Shown here piece by piece: positions 17,703 to 28,111 of a stretch of DNA of 64,000 nt. The stretch's first letter is position 1, and each line of letters opens with the position of its first letter. This stretch comes from Oligoflexia bacterium (GTDB lineage: Bacteria > Bdellovibrionota > UBA1018), in the NCBI GenBank assembly GCA_963758495.1, contig CAVWVI010000002.1:64151-128150 (forward strand). The letters run 5' to 3'. The position numbers and the translations under genes were made by a program. Below the pieces are notes generated by a model. It did no database searches and had not been told where the DNA came from. It saw only the letters and a program-made list of their open reading frames with translations.

Positions 17703-18611
17703 CTAAAAAGAAATAGCCGCTACCGCGATCAGAAGAATTGCGCCCGCACAAGTCTGCACAGGCTCCAGAGGGGTGTGCAAGAAGACGGTATTGAGTGCCA
17801 CCGCCCCAATGGGGTAGAGCAGCTCAATAAAAGCAGTGACGCTGGCGGAAGTACGAGATAACCCTGCATAATAGATCAGCATGGCAAAGAGACCTGGAAT
17901 CAAGCTGAGATATAAAATAGGCATGTAAGACGAATACACAGTTAAACTATTCCAAGGCACTGCTTTATGGGACAAGAGTAATAAAACTGCAAGAGTCATA
18001 GCGCCAAAGAAAAATCTCCAGAAGATGGCTACAGCTACTGGAGTTCGTTTTACTAGAACTTTTCCTGATACCGTAGAGGCAGCCCAAAGCATTGCTGCCA
18101 GAAAGGCATATTGAATTCCTTTCGAGTGCAGGTCCATCTTATTGAAGAGAAATCTAAAATTTAAATCCGGAAAACTCAAAACCACTCCGGCGGCAAGTGC
18201 GATGGTGCCCCAGAAGTAAAATTTCTTGGCAGGTCTTTCGCCCAAGAAAATGTAGGCGATGACGACTACGAGGATAGGTTGCAGTTTTTGAAGTAAAACA
18301 GCTACGGATGGATTCACGTAAAAAAAACTTGCCGTAAAAACGACAGAGGCAAGGGCAGAGCCGCCAGCTCCACAGAACGCGGCTGCTAACCACTCTTTTA
18401 AGGAAAGTGAAAAAATCTGATTTTTAAAATGAACGAGGACCCAAGGTAGAAGAATCAATACGGCAAGAAAATGCTCAATAGAGACGATGGAAGTGGGATC
18501 AATTGAGCCAATTGCAGGATAGCGAACAAGTGCATCTGTCGCCCAAATAAATGACGCAATTCCAACGAAAATGGGACCTATGAGTCCACTTTGCATTTTA
18601 GGAGCGAACAT
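17703..18611 (-). CDS. EamA/DMT family transporter
   Basis: 10 TM helices, two EamA repeats (LGERP motif). Confidence 0.85.
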   Translation of the reverse strand: MFAPKMQSGLIGPIFVGIASFIWATDALVRYPAIGSIDPTSIVSIEHFLAVLILLPWVLVHFKNQIFSLSLKEWLAAAFCGAGGSALASVVFTASFFYVNPSVAVLLQKLQPILVVVIAYIFLGERPAKKFYFWGTIALAAGVVLSFPDLNFRFLFNKMDLHSKGIQYAFLAAMLWAASTVSGKVLVKRTPVAVAIFWRFFFGAMTLAVLLLLSHKAVPWNSLTVYSSYMPILYLSLIPGLFAMLIYYAGLSRTSASVTAFIELLYPIGAVALNTVFLHTPLEPVQTCAGAILLIAVAAISF

Positions 18612-19953
18612 GGTGGTTTTCCCTTGAAAAGTGAGTATGGGTACGCCACGTTGAAAAATTTTGGTTTGCTTGCGCTGCCATAGACTTCCGGACTTCGTCT
18701 TTTTTCATTCCACTCAAGTTATCAAATAAGTTGGGATCAAAAAGACCAAAATGCATATTTGAAGGCTCATAGTATTTCGGATCACTTCCTGTAATGTGCC
18801 TAAGAAGAGCGCCTAGTGCCGTGTTGGCTGGAGGTGCATCATGGGGTTGGTTTTTTAAGCGTTGTAATATAAAAATCGCAGAGAGTAAACCACAGGCTGC
18901 GGATTCTAAGTAGCCTTCAACACCGGTAATTTGTCCTGCAAGGTAAACGTTTGGGTATCCTTTGAAAGAGAGATCTGATCTTAAAACTTTAGGGCCACAA
19001 ACATAGGTATTGCGATGGATCGAGCCCAGTCTCAAAAATTCTGCATTTTGTAACCCAGGGATTAAACGGAATACTTTCGATTGCTCTCCATATTTAAGTT
19101 TAGTTTGGAATCCAACTAAATTATAGGCAGTTCTCGCTTGATTCTCAGGTCTGAGTTGAACCACCGCGTGTGCTCGCTGTCCCGTAACAGGGTGATTTAA
19201 GCCCACGGGTTTCATCGGTCCAAAGCGAAGAGTTTCCCTGCCTGTAGCTGCAATCGCTTCAATCGGTTGGCACCCTTGAAAGAATTTTTCCTTCTCAAAA
19301 GCTCTAGGTGGAACCTTCTCAGCCGCAATCAAGGCATCTAAAAAACGATTATATTCTTCTTCAGTAAACGGACAATTTAAGTAGGCCTCTTCATCGCCTT
19401 TGCCATATCGATTTGCGAGGAAAGCGATATTTAAATCAATTGAGGAAGCATCCAAAATAGGAGCGATGGCATCGTAGAAGTAAAGGTCATCTGTCTCAGT
19501 GGTTTTTGCGATCCATTGACTGAGTGCATCTGAAGTGAGAGGACCCGTCGCAAAAAGAGTAATTCCGTTTTCAAAAGGGGCAGTCACCTCTTCATTGATA
19601 AAGCTAATATTTGGATGTGATTTCAGTGCACTCGTTACGGTTTCAGAAAATAGCTCTCGATCCACTCCGAGCGCTTCACCACTGGGTACAGCAGCAGTGC
19701 CAGCAGCACGAAGGATGAGTGAGCCTGCTTGACTCATTTCAGCTTTGAGCATCCCAGGCGCTGAATATGAAGATTTTGATTTAAATGAATTACTACAGAC
19801 CAATTCTGCACAACGATCTGTTTTGTGCGCTTCGGTCATCTGGGTGGGTCTCATCTCGTGAAGAATGACCGAAACTCCATTTTCAGCCAAAAAGTAAGCA
19901 GCTTCACTGCCGGCTAAACCGCCGCCTACGATATGAACAGATGTATTTTTCAT
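18598..19953 (-). CDS. trmFO: tRNA (uracil-54)-methyltransferase, FADH2-dependent
   Basis: GGGLAGSEAA, ELVCSNS, FYDAIAP, FGPMKPVGL, AGQITGVEGY motifs. Confidence 0.95.
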   Translation of the reverse strand: MKNTSVHIVGGGLAGSEAAYFLAENGVSVILHEMRPTQMTEAHKTDRCAELVCSNSFKSKSSYSAPGMLKAEMSQAGSLILRAAGTAAVPSGEALGVDRELFSETVTSALKSHPNISFINEEVTAPFENGITLFATGPLTSDALSQWIAKTTETDDLYFYDAIAPILDASSIDLNIAFLANRYGKGDEEAYLNCPFTEEEYNRFLDALIAAEKVPPRAFEKEKFFQGCQPIEAIAATGRETLRFGPMKPVGLNHPVTGQRAHAVVQLRPENQARTAYNLVGFQTKLKYGEQSKVFRLIPGLQNAEFLRLGSIHRNTYVCGPKVLRSDLSFKGYPNVYLAGQITGVEGYLESAACGLLSAIFILQRLKNQPHDAPPANTALGALLRHITGSDPKYYEPSNMHFGLFDPNLFDNLSGMKKDEVRKSMAAQANQNFSTWRTHTHFSRENHHVRS

Positions 19954-20008
19954 ATGGGGTCGGATACCATAGAGTAGCTGAGTATTACACTGAGAAAGTA
20001 GGGACTCC

Positions 20009-20908
20009 TTGCTCCTTGAGGTAGCTTTAAAACAATTCCTTGAGTTTTTAACTGCGGGTCGTCAGTCCAGTCCGAATACAGTCAGGGCGTACGAGTGTGA
20101 TCTAAGTCATTGGATTTGTGCCTTATTTAAATGCGGTACGAAGTCGGTTCAAGATCTCAATCAAAACTTAAGTCCAATCGGATTACGAAATTATTTGACT
20201 GAACTTTATCAAACTCATGAGAAATCTTCTCTTTGTAGAAGGTTATCGGCGATTCGATCCTTTCTTCGGTATTTAAAGAGTCAAGAGTGGATTGGTCGGG
20301 ATATAAGTATCTTGGTACCGAGTCCAAAAACTCAACGAAATTTGCCTCAGTTCTTAAAAGTTGAGGAGGTTTTGGAATTAATCCAAGCTCCTGACCCTTT
20401 AACTCGGTTGGGTCGTAGAGATCGAGCTCTCTTTGAAGTGCTTTACGGTTCAGGGTTGAGGGTTGGAGAGGCGGTAGGGTTAAATATTGAAAATGTGGCT
20501 CTTAAAGAGGGGTGGGTGAGGGTTTTAGGGAAGGGGTCCAAAGAGCGGATGGTGCCCTTCGGTCATCCTGCTAGAGAGGCTTTGGAGAGCTATTTACAGG
20601 ATCGAGGTACTCTGCTTTCCTATTCTGATCCTCTCTTTGTGAATTTTCGGGGGACTCGACTCTCTGCTCGAAGTGTGGCACGTATTTTAACCAAACATTT
20701 AGTCAGGGTTGAGTCCACTAAAACCTTGTCTCCTCATGGACTTCGGCACAGCTTTGCTACCCATTTACTTGCTGCAGGTGCCGATCTTCGTACTATTCAA
20801 GAGATGTTAGGACACGTTCGATTATCCACTACACAGAGGTATACTCATGTCGATTTGGGGGCGTTAATGGACGAATACAATGAAGCACATCCTCTTAATA
20901 GGAGATAA
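20009..20908 (+). CDS. xerC: Tyrosine recombinase XerC
   Basis: LYGSGLRVGE, GKGSKER, HGLRHSFATHLL, LGH, TTQRYTH; next to trmFO. Confidence 0.85.
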   Translation: MLLEVALKQFLEFLTAGRQSSPNTVRAYECDLSHWICALFKCGTKSVQDLNQNLSPIGLRNYLTELYQTHEKSSLCRRLSAIRSFLRYLKSQEWIGRDISILVPSPKTQRNLPQFLKVEEVLELIQAPDPLTRLGRRDRALFEVLYGSGLRVGEAVGLNIENVALKEGWVRVLGKGSKERMVPFGHPAREALESYLQDRGTLLSYSDPLFVNFRGTRLSARSVARILTKHLVRVESTKTLSPHGLRHSFATHLLAAGADLRTIQEMLGHVRLSTTQRYTHVDLGALMDEYNEAHPLNRR

Positions 20909-20964
20909 ACAGAAGGTAGTCGGATTTTCTTAATTCTGCTAATCATGGTAAACAAGAGTAACTC

Positions 20965-21582
20965 ATGGATAAAATTCTCGACATACTTGTGAATTTAAAT
21001 GGTCCTGCCCCTTATTTTCTCCTTTTTGGCATTTTATTGGCCTGTGGATTGGGCCTTCCCATTCCTGAAGATATCACTCTTTTTGCCGCTGGTTTTGCAG
21101 CCTATTACGGCCTCGCTCATCTCTGGATAGTCATTATTGTTGCCTATTTAGGTGTCATTATTGGCGATTCAGTCATGTTCTATTTAGGTGCGGTCTATGG
21201 GAGGAAGCTCACAAAACGTTGGCTTTTTCATAAGCTCTTGCCAGATGAAAGATTGAAAGTAGTGCGCACAAAATTTCATAAAAAGGGAAATAAACTCATT
21301 TTTGTAGCTCGATTTATGCCAGGACTTCGAGCGCCGATTTTTTTCTCAGCAGGAACTTTACATCTGCCCTACCGAGTGTTTTTATTTTATGACGGACTGG
21401 CTGCATTGATCAGTGTTCCAATTATTATTGGAGCTGTTTATTATTTTGGGGATGAGCTGGATAAGGTAGTTCGGATTATTCAGAGGGTTGAACACAGTAT
21501 CGTTTTGATTGCTGCCACAGCTATTTTGGCAGTTTTAGCAAAATGGTACCTTACGCATTATAAATTAAAACGAAGTATATAG
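20965..21582 (+). CDS. DedA family membrane protein
   Basis: GLPIPED, GDSVMFYLG, ARFMPGLR motifs. Confidence 0.9.
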   Translation: MDKILDILVNLNGPAPYFLLFGILLACGLGLPIPEDITLFAAGFAAYYGLAHLWIVIIVAYLGVIIGDSVMFYLGAVYGRKLTKRWLFHKLLPDERLKVVRTKFHKKGNKLIFVARFMPGLRAPIFFSAGTLHLPYRVFLFYDGLAALISVPIIIGAVYYFGDELDKVVRIIQRVEHSIVLIAATAILAVLAKWYLTHYKLKRSI

Positions 21583-22529
21583 TGAAGCGCACAAATATGA
21601 CGAGAGGCAAAAAAGGCATCGCCTTTGGTTTTCTACTTTTGAATTTTTTATCAGCCCCTTTATTTGGGGCTATTGAAAAATCTGATTCAGTTCGAATTCA
21701 GAATTGGTGTTCAAAAGTGGAAGCATCCATTGCTCAGCTCAAGTGGAAAATAAAACCTTGTGACCATATTTCTTGGAAGATCAGTGGAGAATCAGTTCAA
21801 GGAGTTCCGCTCGTTTATGCTGAGTTTGGAGATTTGCATTCAGCAAATACGACTTTGATTTTTTCGACCGTACATGGTGATGAGATCACGCCCTTTTATC
21901 TGGGCATTCAATTAGCTAATTGGTTAAAGGACAGGCAAGGAGAGTTAGAGAATACACATGTCGTCATTGCGCCGCTGGTGAATCCTGATGGGTTTTTAAG
22001 CAACCCTAGAACACGCATGAATGCTCGTGGCGTGGATGTGAATCGAAATTTCGCTACAAAGGATTGGAAATCACGAGCAGTCATGAGTCGAGAAAAAAAG
22101 GGCCGCTTGGATCCAAGAAGATTTCCGGGTAATGAGCCTATGTCAGAGCCTGAAACACTCTTTCAATCTGAACTCATTAAATTGATCCATCCTAGCAAGA
22201 TTATGACCATTCATGCGCCTCTTAACGTGAAGGATTTTGATGGTCCCAGTGCGTTGAGTTTGTCACGGTTTCCTGTTGACTATGTTCGCGAATGTGATCG
22301 GCTTAGGAAAAAAATGAATGCTACTTCAACTGGTTTTTTTCCAGGTTCGTTAGGCAATTATGCAGGTCATGAACTCGGTATTCCGACTTTAACACTAGAG
22401 CTCCCTTCTACAGATGCGACTAAGGCCGAGCGTTATTGGAAGCAGTTTAGTCATGGAATACGAACCATGATTCAATTTACGGTCCCCCATGTTGCTTCAG
22501 GTTCTTTAAATCAGAAACCTGGCGGTTAG
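21582..22529 (+). CDS. M14-family zinc peptidase, murein peptide amidase MpaA-like
   Basis: HGDE, NPDG, NARGVDVNRNF, SEPET, PGSLGNY, TLELP motifs. Confidence 0.8.
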   Translation: MKRTNMTRGKKGIAFGFLLLNFLSAPLFGAIEKSDSVRIQNWCSKVEASIAQLKWKIKPCDHISWKISGESVQGVPLVYAEFGDLHSANTTLIFSTVHGDEITPFYLGIQLANWLKDRQGELENTHVVIAPLVNPDGFLSNPRTRMNARGVDVNRNFATKDWKSRAVMSREKKGRLDPRRFPGNEPMSEPETLFQSELIKLIHPSKIMTIHAPLNVKDFDGPSALSLSRFPVDYVRECDRLRKKMNATSTGFFPGSLGNYAGHELGIPTLTLELPSTDATKAERYWKQFSHGIRTMIQFTVPHVASGSLNQKPGG

Positions 22530-22530
22530 A

Positions 22531-23703
22531 GTGTTTCAGGTAGAATTCCCTGCGGGTTGCGAAGTTCGATGTCCAGGTTGCAACCAGCGAGGGTGGGGTT
22601 ATGAGAAAAGTGAAAATCAAAAAATCGGCTGGATTCAATCCCGCTTGAAGCCTTGGCTCGAATGGATAGAGCCCCTTCAAGGTGTAAGAGATTCAGGGCG
22701 TTGGGGATATCGCCGCAAAACATGTCTTCATGCAGAATGGCGAGAGGATCACTGGGCTTTTGGACTCTTGGTGCGTCGGCCTCAGGGACCTATGGGATCT
22801 TATGATTTAATAGATATTCCTGAATGCCCTATTCATGCAGCGTCAGTACGAAAAATCGTTCAAATACTATCGAAGCGTTTGCCCAGTCAAGAGCAACTCC
22901 CGTTAGCTTATTTGGCTGTTTCTGGAACATTGGTAACTCTCGTCGTGAAATCAAAACGGTTACCCGAGCTTCCTCATCTGAATTGGGCGGAGTTGGGTAT
23001 AACGGGTCTTTTTGTTAATCTTAATCCTGCTGCAGGAAATCGAGTTTATTCTAATCGGGGTTGGCATCTCGTTTGGGGAGCTGATCATGCGGTGGAGGAT
23101 GGTTTTCAATATGGTCCAGATAGCTTTCAACAATTGATTCCAGCTCTTCATGGGCATGCTCTTCAGGAAGCCGCACGGTTTTTAAATGTAAAGTCTGGGG
23201 ATGCGGTGATTGATCTTTGCTCAGGCACAGGACGCTCTCTCTCTATTTGGAAAAATTTAGGAGCCCACTTTTTAGGTGTTGAACTCAGTGGCGACGCCAT
23301 TCGGTGTTCCGAAGTCAATATCGGTCCAGATTCCTGCTTGAGAGGGAGGGTGTCAGAGAGGTTGCCTCAATTAGAAAGCTGGGTGAAGAAAATTAAGCCT
23401 CATCAGCTTTTCATTTATGCGAATCCTCCTCGGCTTGGACTTGAGGATCAAGTGACCTCATGGATTGCACAAATCGCTCGTCCTGAGCGGATTGCTTATC
23501 TCTCCTGTAGTCCTCAAACCCTTTCAAGGGACCTCTCTGTCTTGACTCAATCTGGATATGCTGTGCAAAGGATAATCCCCTATGATTTTTTTCCTCAAAC
23601 TCACCATGTTGAAACGTTGGCTTTATTGGCTAAAAATGAATCCGATTCCTCTCGTTGTCTTTCTGGTTCTGTGGATTCACGGTTCGTTACTGGGTCTAAG
23701 TGA
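22531..23703 (+). CDS. RNA (uracil-5)-methyltransferase, RlmD/TrmA family
   Basis: CPGC Fe-S motif, SFQQ, DLCSGTG, NPPRLGL, YLSCSP, DFFPQTHHVE. Confidence 0.85.
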   Translation: MFQVEFPAGCEVRCPGCNQRGWGYEKSENQKIGWIQSRLKPWLEWIEPLQGVRDSGRWGYRRKTCLHAEWREDHWAFGLLVRRPQGPMGSYDLIDIPECPIHAASVRKIVQILSKRLPSQEQLPLAYLAVSGTLVTLVVKSKRLPELPHLNWAELGITGLFVNLNPAAGNRVYSNRGWHLVWGADHAVEDGFQYGPDSFQQLIPALHGHALQEAARFLNVKSGDAVIDLCSGTGRSLSIWKNLGAHFLGVELSGDAIRCSEVNIGPDSCLRGRVSERLPQLESWVKKIKPHQLFIYANPPRLGLEDQVTSWIAQIARPERIAYLSCSPQTLSRDLSVLTQSGYAVQRIIPYDFFPQTHHVETLALLAKNESDSSRCLSGSVDSRFVTGSK

Positions 23704-25105
23704 CGATGAAGCTTATTACTGGGTTCTCGCGCAGAAGCCCGCATTGGGTTATGCTTTCCATCCGCCCGCAGTAGCGTGGTTCATTGCATTTTTTCAGCAA
23801 ATTTTAGGAGGGTGGCTGGGACCTCATTCAACTGGCTTAGTGCGACTTCCTGCGGCATTAACCAGCGCGATCATTTTAAGTCTGAGTTTAAGATGGCTTG
23901 AAAAGTGTGGAATGGAGCGGTCATTTCAAGCTCGGGCAGCGAGTGTTATTCTTTCTTTTCTAGGCTTTTTTTCGCTGTCTTGGATGATGGTTCCAGATAT
24001 TCCACTTTTTTTGGGGTGGATGATCGTTTTTACAAAGACTTGGGAGATCTGCTTTTTACAGCAACTCAAAAGGCATTGCTTTTGGGTTTTAGGATTGGGA
24101 AGCGCTTTAGTTCTTTTGTCAAAATACTCTGGAGTTTTGGCTATTTTTTCCGCGGCTCTTTCAGTGCTGATATGGGCACCCCGTCAGCGTCGGTTGAAAG
24201 CTTTGTTTTCCTTAACCGGCGGAGGATTACTGGCCTCATTGCCTATTTTAATTTGGAATTCCCAACATCAGTGGGCTTCCATTCTTTACCAAATTCATGA
24301 TCGTCATGCTGGGGGATCACTTTCTTTTTTACGTTATGCGAAATTTTGGGGAGTGGAGGCGGTTTTTGCAGGACCTGTTTTGGTCGTCTTCGGAGTTTTG
24401 CTCTTAATCAAGCACTTGGGCTTTCGTAAAAAATTTGAGGGGGCATTGTTTCATTTTATTTTTGTCTGGATGGCTCCAGCAGCCACTGTTTTTTTGATAC
24501 AACCGCTGTTTTCTGATTTTAAGCCTCATTGGGCTTTTATTGTGTGGTGGCCTGCTTTACTTGCGTTAGCGTGGATGTCACAAAGCAAGTCATGGCGCTG
24601 GATCAAATACCAAGTGTTCTATGGTCTCGGATTAGGGGGGGTGGTGATATTAAGCTGCCACTTGCCACTTGGAAGTTGGCTCGTCAGGGGTGTTTCCCAT
24701 TCACAGTTTGATCCTCGATTAGATGTGACTAATGATTTTTACGGTTGGTCTGATTTAAATGCCTTTATTACTAAAATTCCCAATCAAGGAACACATCCAC
24801 TCCCGGTGGTTGGCTCTCGTTATCAAACAGCGGCACAAGCCGCATTTGCTTTGAATCAAGTCACTGCAGTCACCTTTTTGCCTCGTGATTTAAAAGAAAA
24901 GGATGAATGGATGAATTTAAATATATCTGATGGGCAAGGTCCGGAGTGGCCACGCCTCACTACACCCGTACTTTATGTTTCAGATAATCGCTATAGTGAA
25001 GCCCCTCAGTTTCCTTCTGCAACTTGTCAAAAACAAGGAAGGCTGGAAAAGACTCGATTTAATCTACGGGTGAAGTGGATTGACGTCTGGCGCTGTGATC
25101 CCTGA
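23636..25105 (+). CDS. ArnT/GT39-like membrane glycosyltransferase
   Basis: DDEAYYW, HPP, PD, LSKY motifs; multiple TM helices. Confidence 0.8.
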   Translation: MNPIPLVVFLVLWIHGSLLGLSDDEAYYWVLAQKPALGYAFHPPAVAWFIAFFQQILGGWLGPHSTGLVRLPAALTSAIILSLSLRWLEKCGMERSFQARAASVILSFLGFFSLSWMMVPDIPLFLGWMIVFTKTWEICFLQQLKRHCFWVLGLGSALVLLSKYSGVLAIFSAALSVLIWAPRQRRLKALFSLTGGGLLASLPILIWNSQHQWASILYQIHDRHAGGSLSFLRYAKFWGVEAVFAGPVLVVFGVLLLIKHLGFRKKFEGALFHFIFVWMAPAATVFLIQPLFSDFKPHWAFIVWWPALLALAWMSQSKSWRWIKYQVFYGLGLGGVVILSCHLPLGSWLVRGVSHSQFDPRLDVTNDFYGWSDLNAFITKIPNQGTHPLPVVGSRYQTAAQAAFALNQVTAVTFLPRDLKEKDEWMNLNISDGQGPEWPRLTTPVLYVSDNRYSEAPQFPSATCQKQGRLEKTRFNLRVKWIDVWRCDP

Positions 25106-25987
25106 TGTGTTCCCTGGATTCAGGGAGTCCGTGTAGGCTTGGACCAAGCTATTTGGAATCCATCCTATGATTTTAGCGTGGGGTTCATCTTGTGACAAAA
25201 TTTTGAACCAACGATCATTCCAGTCTAAAACTTTATAATGGCCAGTTGAATCAGCAGAGCCAACAATCGAATATTGAGTTCCTGGTCCAGAGTAGAGGGT
25301 GGCTCTTTTTGTAATGAGTTTAACATGGAGAGAGCGTAAATCAGGTGCACTTTTCTCTTCTCCTTCTTTGACAGGCTCTTTGACAGGAGCCATTGCGCTT
25401 TCTTGAACATGATCGGTCACTTCAGATCGGAGTTGTGCTTGTTCTGCGGCTGCGTACTGCCTGGCCTTTTTCCAGACTGTTTGACTTTGGGCATAGAGAT
25501 AATATCCCGATGTAATAGCTAAAATCGCGGCAAGAACAATCCCTAGAGAGAGAGAATGTCTTCCCCTAGTTAAAATGGGATTTTCCGGTAAAGGCTCTGG
25601 CAGGGTAGCCTTTGGAATATTCATGCTTAATGGCTCTGGTGCAGGCTTCTGAGCAGCTATGTGATGTTTGAATACGGGAGGAGTAGGGAGGGGTACGGAA
25701 GTAGTGGGGGGGGCTTTTTTATCTACTTTTATTTTTGGAGCAGCGTGTTGTATGAGCTTTTGATTTGCGCTTTCGCTGACCAATCCTAAATGGGGATTCT
25801 CAGTTGCTTCGGGCAATAGGACTTTTTCGCCAGGAGGAGCTTTATCTACTTTAATCACACTAATTTCCGCTTTTCGGATCAGAGCAAATCCACCACATTT
25901 ATAGCAGCGAGAAAATGACCACCCTGCACTGACCTTTTCATCCGAAATTGCTAAATTTATTCCACAATGAGGACAGCACCACTGCAT
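25064..25987 (-). CDS. Zinc-ribbon / Pro-rich linker / TM / SH3b-like domain protein
   Basis: CPHC..CYKC, Pro-rich linker, one TM, LYSGPGTQY..WFKI..GWI (bacterial SH3). Confidence 0.65.
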   Translation of the reverse strand: MQWCCPHCGINLAISDEKVSAGWSFSRCYKCGGFALIRKAEISVIKVDKAPPGEKVLLPEATENPHLGLVSESANQKLIQHAAPKIKVDKKAPPTTSVPLPTPPVFKHHIAAQKPAPEPLSMNIPKATLPEPLPENPILTRGRHSLSLGIVLAAILAITSGYYLYAQSQTVWKKARQYAAAEQAQLRSEVTDHVQESAMAPVKEPVKEGEEKSAPDLRSLHVKLITKRATLYSGPGTQYSIVGSADSTGHYKVLDWNDRWFKILSQDEPHAKIIGWIPNSLVQAYTDSLNPGNTSGITAPDVNPLHP

Positions 25988-26033
25988 ATTCTATTCTCCC
26001 CTACTATAAGATTCCCAAGAGAAAGTGTAGAGG

Positions 26034-26798
26034 TCAATGGGCAGTGTTTGCCGTGTCAGGAAAGGGAATTGAGTCTACCTTGGGTTCTAAAATCCTCAAT
26101 ACGACTCGGCGGTTTTTGACCAGTGCCTTTTCATCCCATTGTCCAAGGGAGTTTCTACTATTGATTTGGGGTCGGGTATCTGCATAACCAATTGCCGTTA
26201 AGTGGTGCGGGGTAAATCCATGTTCTAGAAAAATTCGAACGACTCGAGCGGCTCTTGCGCCTGAAAGCTCCCAATTAGAAGGGTAAGCGCCACCGATAAT
26301 GGGTCGTCCATCGGTATGACCTTCAACAACAATATTGTATTCTTTGTTAGTTTCCTTTTGCCGCTTCAGTATCGTTTGTATGATTTTTTGAAGAATCAGT
26401 TCGCCTTCCTGAGTAACATCAGCACTTAATGTATTAAAGAAGACGGTAGACTCAAATACGATAGAAATACCCTGAGGGTCAGATTTGATAATGGCTTGAG
26501 TTTCTTTTCCCAATTCATCAATAATCTCAGTGGCGAATTTGGCCATTTCTTTTGTGGCGGAAACGTATTCACCACCAAATTGTTTAGCGATGGCTTCTTT
26601 AAAACTGTCATACTGAGGTACATCGAGCTTGGCCATACTAAAGAGCATAATAAAAAAACCGCATAAGAGCGTCATCATGTCTGCATAAGAGACTAGCCAA
26701 TTGGATTCATCATGGGATATTGGGGATAGAAGGGTATCAACGAGTCGGGGTTTTTTCATTTCCTCAGGTTGATTTTGTTTTTTTGCTCTAAAGGGCAT
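26034..26798 (-). CDS. motB: MotB-family stator protein (OmpA-like peptidoglycan-binding domain)
   Basis: WLVSYADMMTLL, VEGHTD, SNWELSGARA, NRRV; start inferred at 26798. Confidence 0.9.
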   Translation of the reverse strand: MPFRAKKQNQPEEMKKPRLVDTLLSPISHDESNWLVSYADMMTLLCGFFIMLFSMAKLDVPQYDSFKEAIAKQFGGEYVSATKEMAKFATEIIDELGKETQAIIKSDPQGISIVFESTVFFNTLSADVTQEGELILQKIIQTILKRQKETNKEYNIVVEGHTDGRPIIGGAYPSNWELSGARAARVVRIFLEHGFTPHHLTAIGYADTRPQINSRNSLGQWDEKALVKNRRVVLRILEPKVDSIPFPDTANTAH

Positions 26799-26817
26799 TC
26801 TTCTATCCTCTATTGGG

Positions 26818-27600
26818 CTAAGCAGCTTTGCGCAAAACTCGTTGATTGGGTAATAAATAAGAGTTGAGTCGTTCTCGAAGAATAATGCCATTGACCTGAG
26901 TCTTCAGTAAGATGGCACCTTCAATGATCATTCTCCTTACGGCAATTTCTTCATGCGTCCGTTCTGTCAAGTTCTCTGCAATAGGGATAAAGACAAGGTT
27001 AGCTAATGCGATTCCATAAAGCGTACCAATCAATCCGACAGACATCGCGGGACCAATCAGCTTTTGGCTGTCAGGCTGTCCAATTTTCTGTAGAAGACCA
27101 ATCATTCCTAATGTAGTCGCCAATAATCCGAAGGCAGGCGGAAATCGTCCAATGGTGCGAAACATATTAGCTTCCTGCATCAAGCGACTTTCAATCGTTT
27201 TTAATCTTTGCTCGAGAGTCAGGCGAATTTCGTGTTCGCTGAGTACTCCAGTGGCTACTAATGAAATAGATTCGCGTAGGAAGTCGTTTTTTAATCCTGC
27301 CAAAAGATCATTAAGCTCGCTGGCACCGGTATTGACCTTCTTATTTAATTCCAAAATTTGGTTAATGATCTCTTGGTAGTTTGCGTTGTGGCGGCCAAGG
27401 ACCCTCATGATAAATACTTTGAAAAGATTAAAAATATCTTTAAGCGAAAAAGAAATACTGGTTGCTGCTGCCGTTCCTCCTATTACAATTAAAATACCGT
27501 GAAAATCTAGAAAGAAGCGGAGGTGACTCGTCGTTGCAGACATCGCGGTGTACATAACACCCGCACCAAAAATAAGTCCGAATAATGAAGAAATGTTCAT
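26818..27600 (-). CDS. motA: MotA-family stator protein
   Basis: IVIGGT, PAFGLLATTLGMI, GTLYG..ANLVFIPIA; ATGA overlap with the upstream gene. Confidence 0.9.
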   Translation of the reverse strand: MNISSLFGLIFGAGVMYTAMSATTSHLRFFLDFHGILIVIGGTAAATSISFSLKDIFNLFKVFIMRVLGRHNANYQEIINQILELNKKVNTGASELNDLLAGLKNDFLRESISLVATGVLSEHEIRLTLEQRLKTIESRLMQEANMFRTIGRFPPAFGLLATTLGMIGLLQKIGQPDSQKLIGPAMSVGLIGTLYGIALANLVFIPIAENLTERTHEEIAVRRMIIEGAILLKTQVNGIILRERLNSYLLPNQRVLRKAA

Positions 27601-28109
27601 GTTGAGCGTTCCTCCTTCTTGAGTGCGTTTTGCCAAAGTTGATATTGGCTGATGACGTAGTTATCGTCGAGTTCTCTTAAACGGCTGATTAAATTATTCA
27701 CACAATGAGTATAAAATCTTAGTTTTAGATCGGATGATTGATTTAGGAATTGAATGAATGTGTCTTTAGAAATATAAAACAGATCACAATGGGTTAGGCT
27801 ACAAACGGTGGCAGATCTGGGGCTATCATCTGCGAGGGACATTTCGCCAAAAAAACTTCCTGCTCTTAATTGACTTACGTCATAAGTGTTGCCTGTGAGC
27901 TTATTGGTTTTTAAAATACTAACCATTCCTTCAAGAATAATATATAGACCCCAAGAAAATTCACCTTCAATAATAATATTGGTGTGAGCTTCAAAATTTG
28001 TCATTGTACCGAGGTTAAGCAATTGCTCAAGTTCGGCAATTGTGAAGTTACTAAAAAGTTTAATTTCCTTGAGCATGGCAGTAGTGGGTCGAAGGATAGG
28101 GATCACCAT
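27597..28109 (-). CDS. Stand-alone cyclic-nucleotide-binding domain protein
   Basis: LYIILEG, GSFFGEMSL..PRSATV phosphate-binding cassette; no HTH. Confidence 0.85.
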   Translation of the reverse strand: MVIPILRPTTAMLKEIKLFSNFTIAELEQLLNLGTMTNFEAHTNIIIEGEFSWGLYIILEGMVSILKTNKLTGNTYDVSQLRAGSFFGEMSLADDSPRSATVCSLTHCDLFYISKDTFIQFLNQSSDLKLRFYTHCVNNLISRLRELDDNYVISQYQLWQNALKKEERST

Positions 28110-28111
28110 TT

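Noticed and set aside
20009..20908. Tyrosine recombinase as a phage or island integrase
   Set aside because: Size, motifs and trmFO adjacency fit chromosomal XerC
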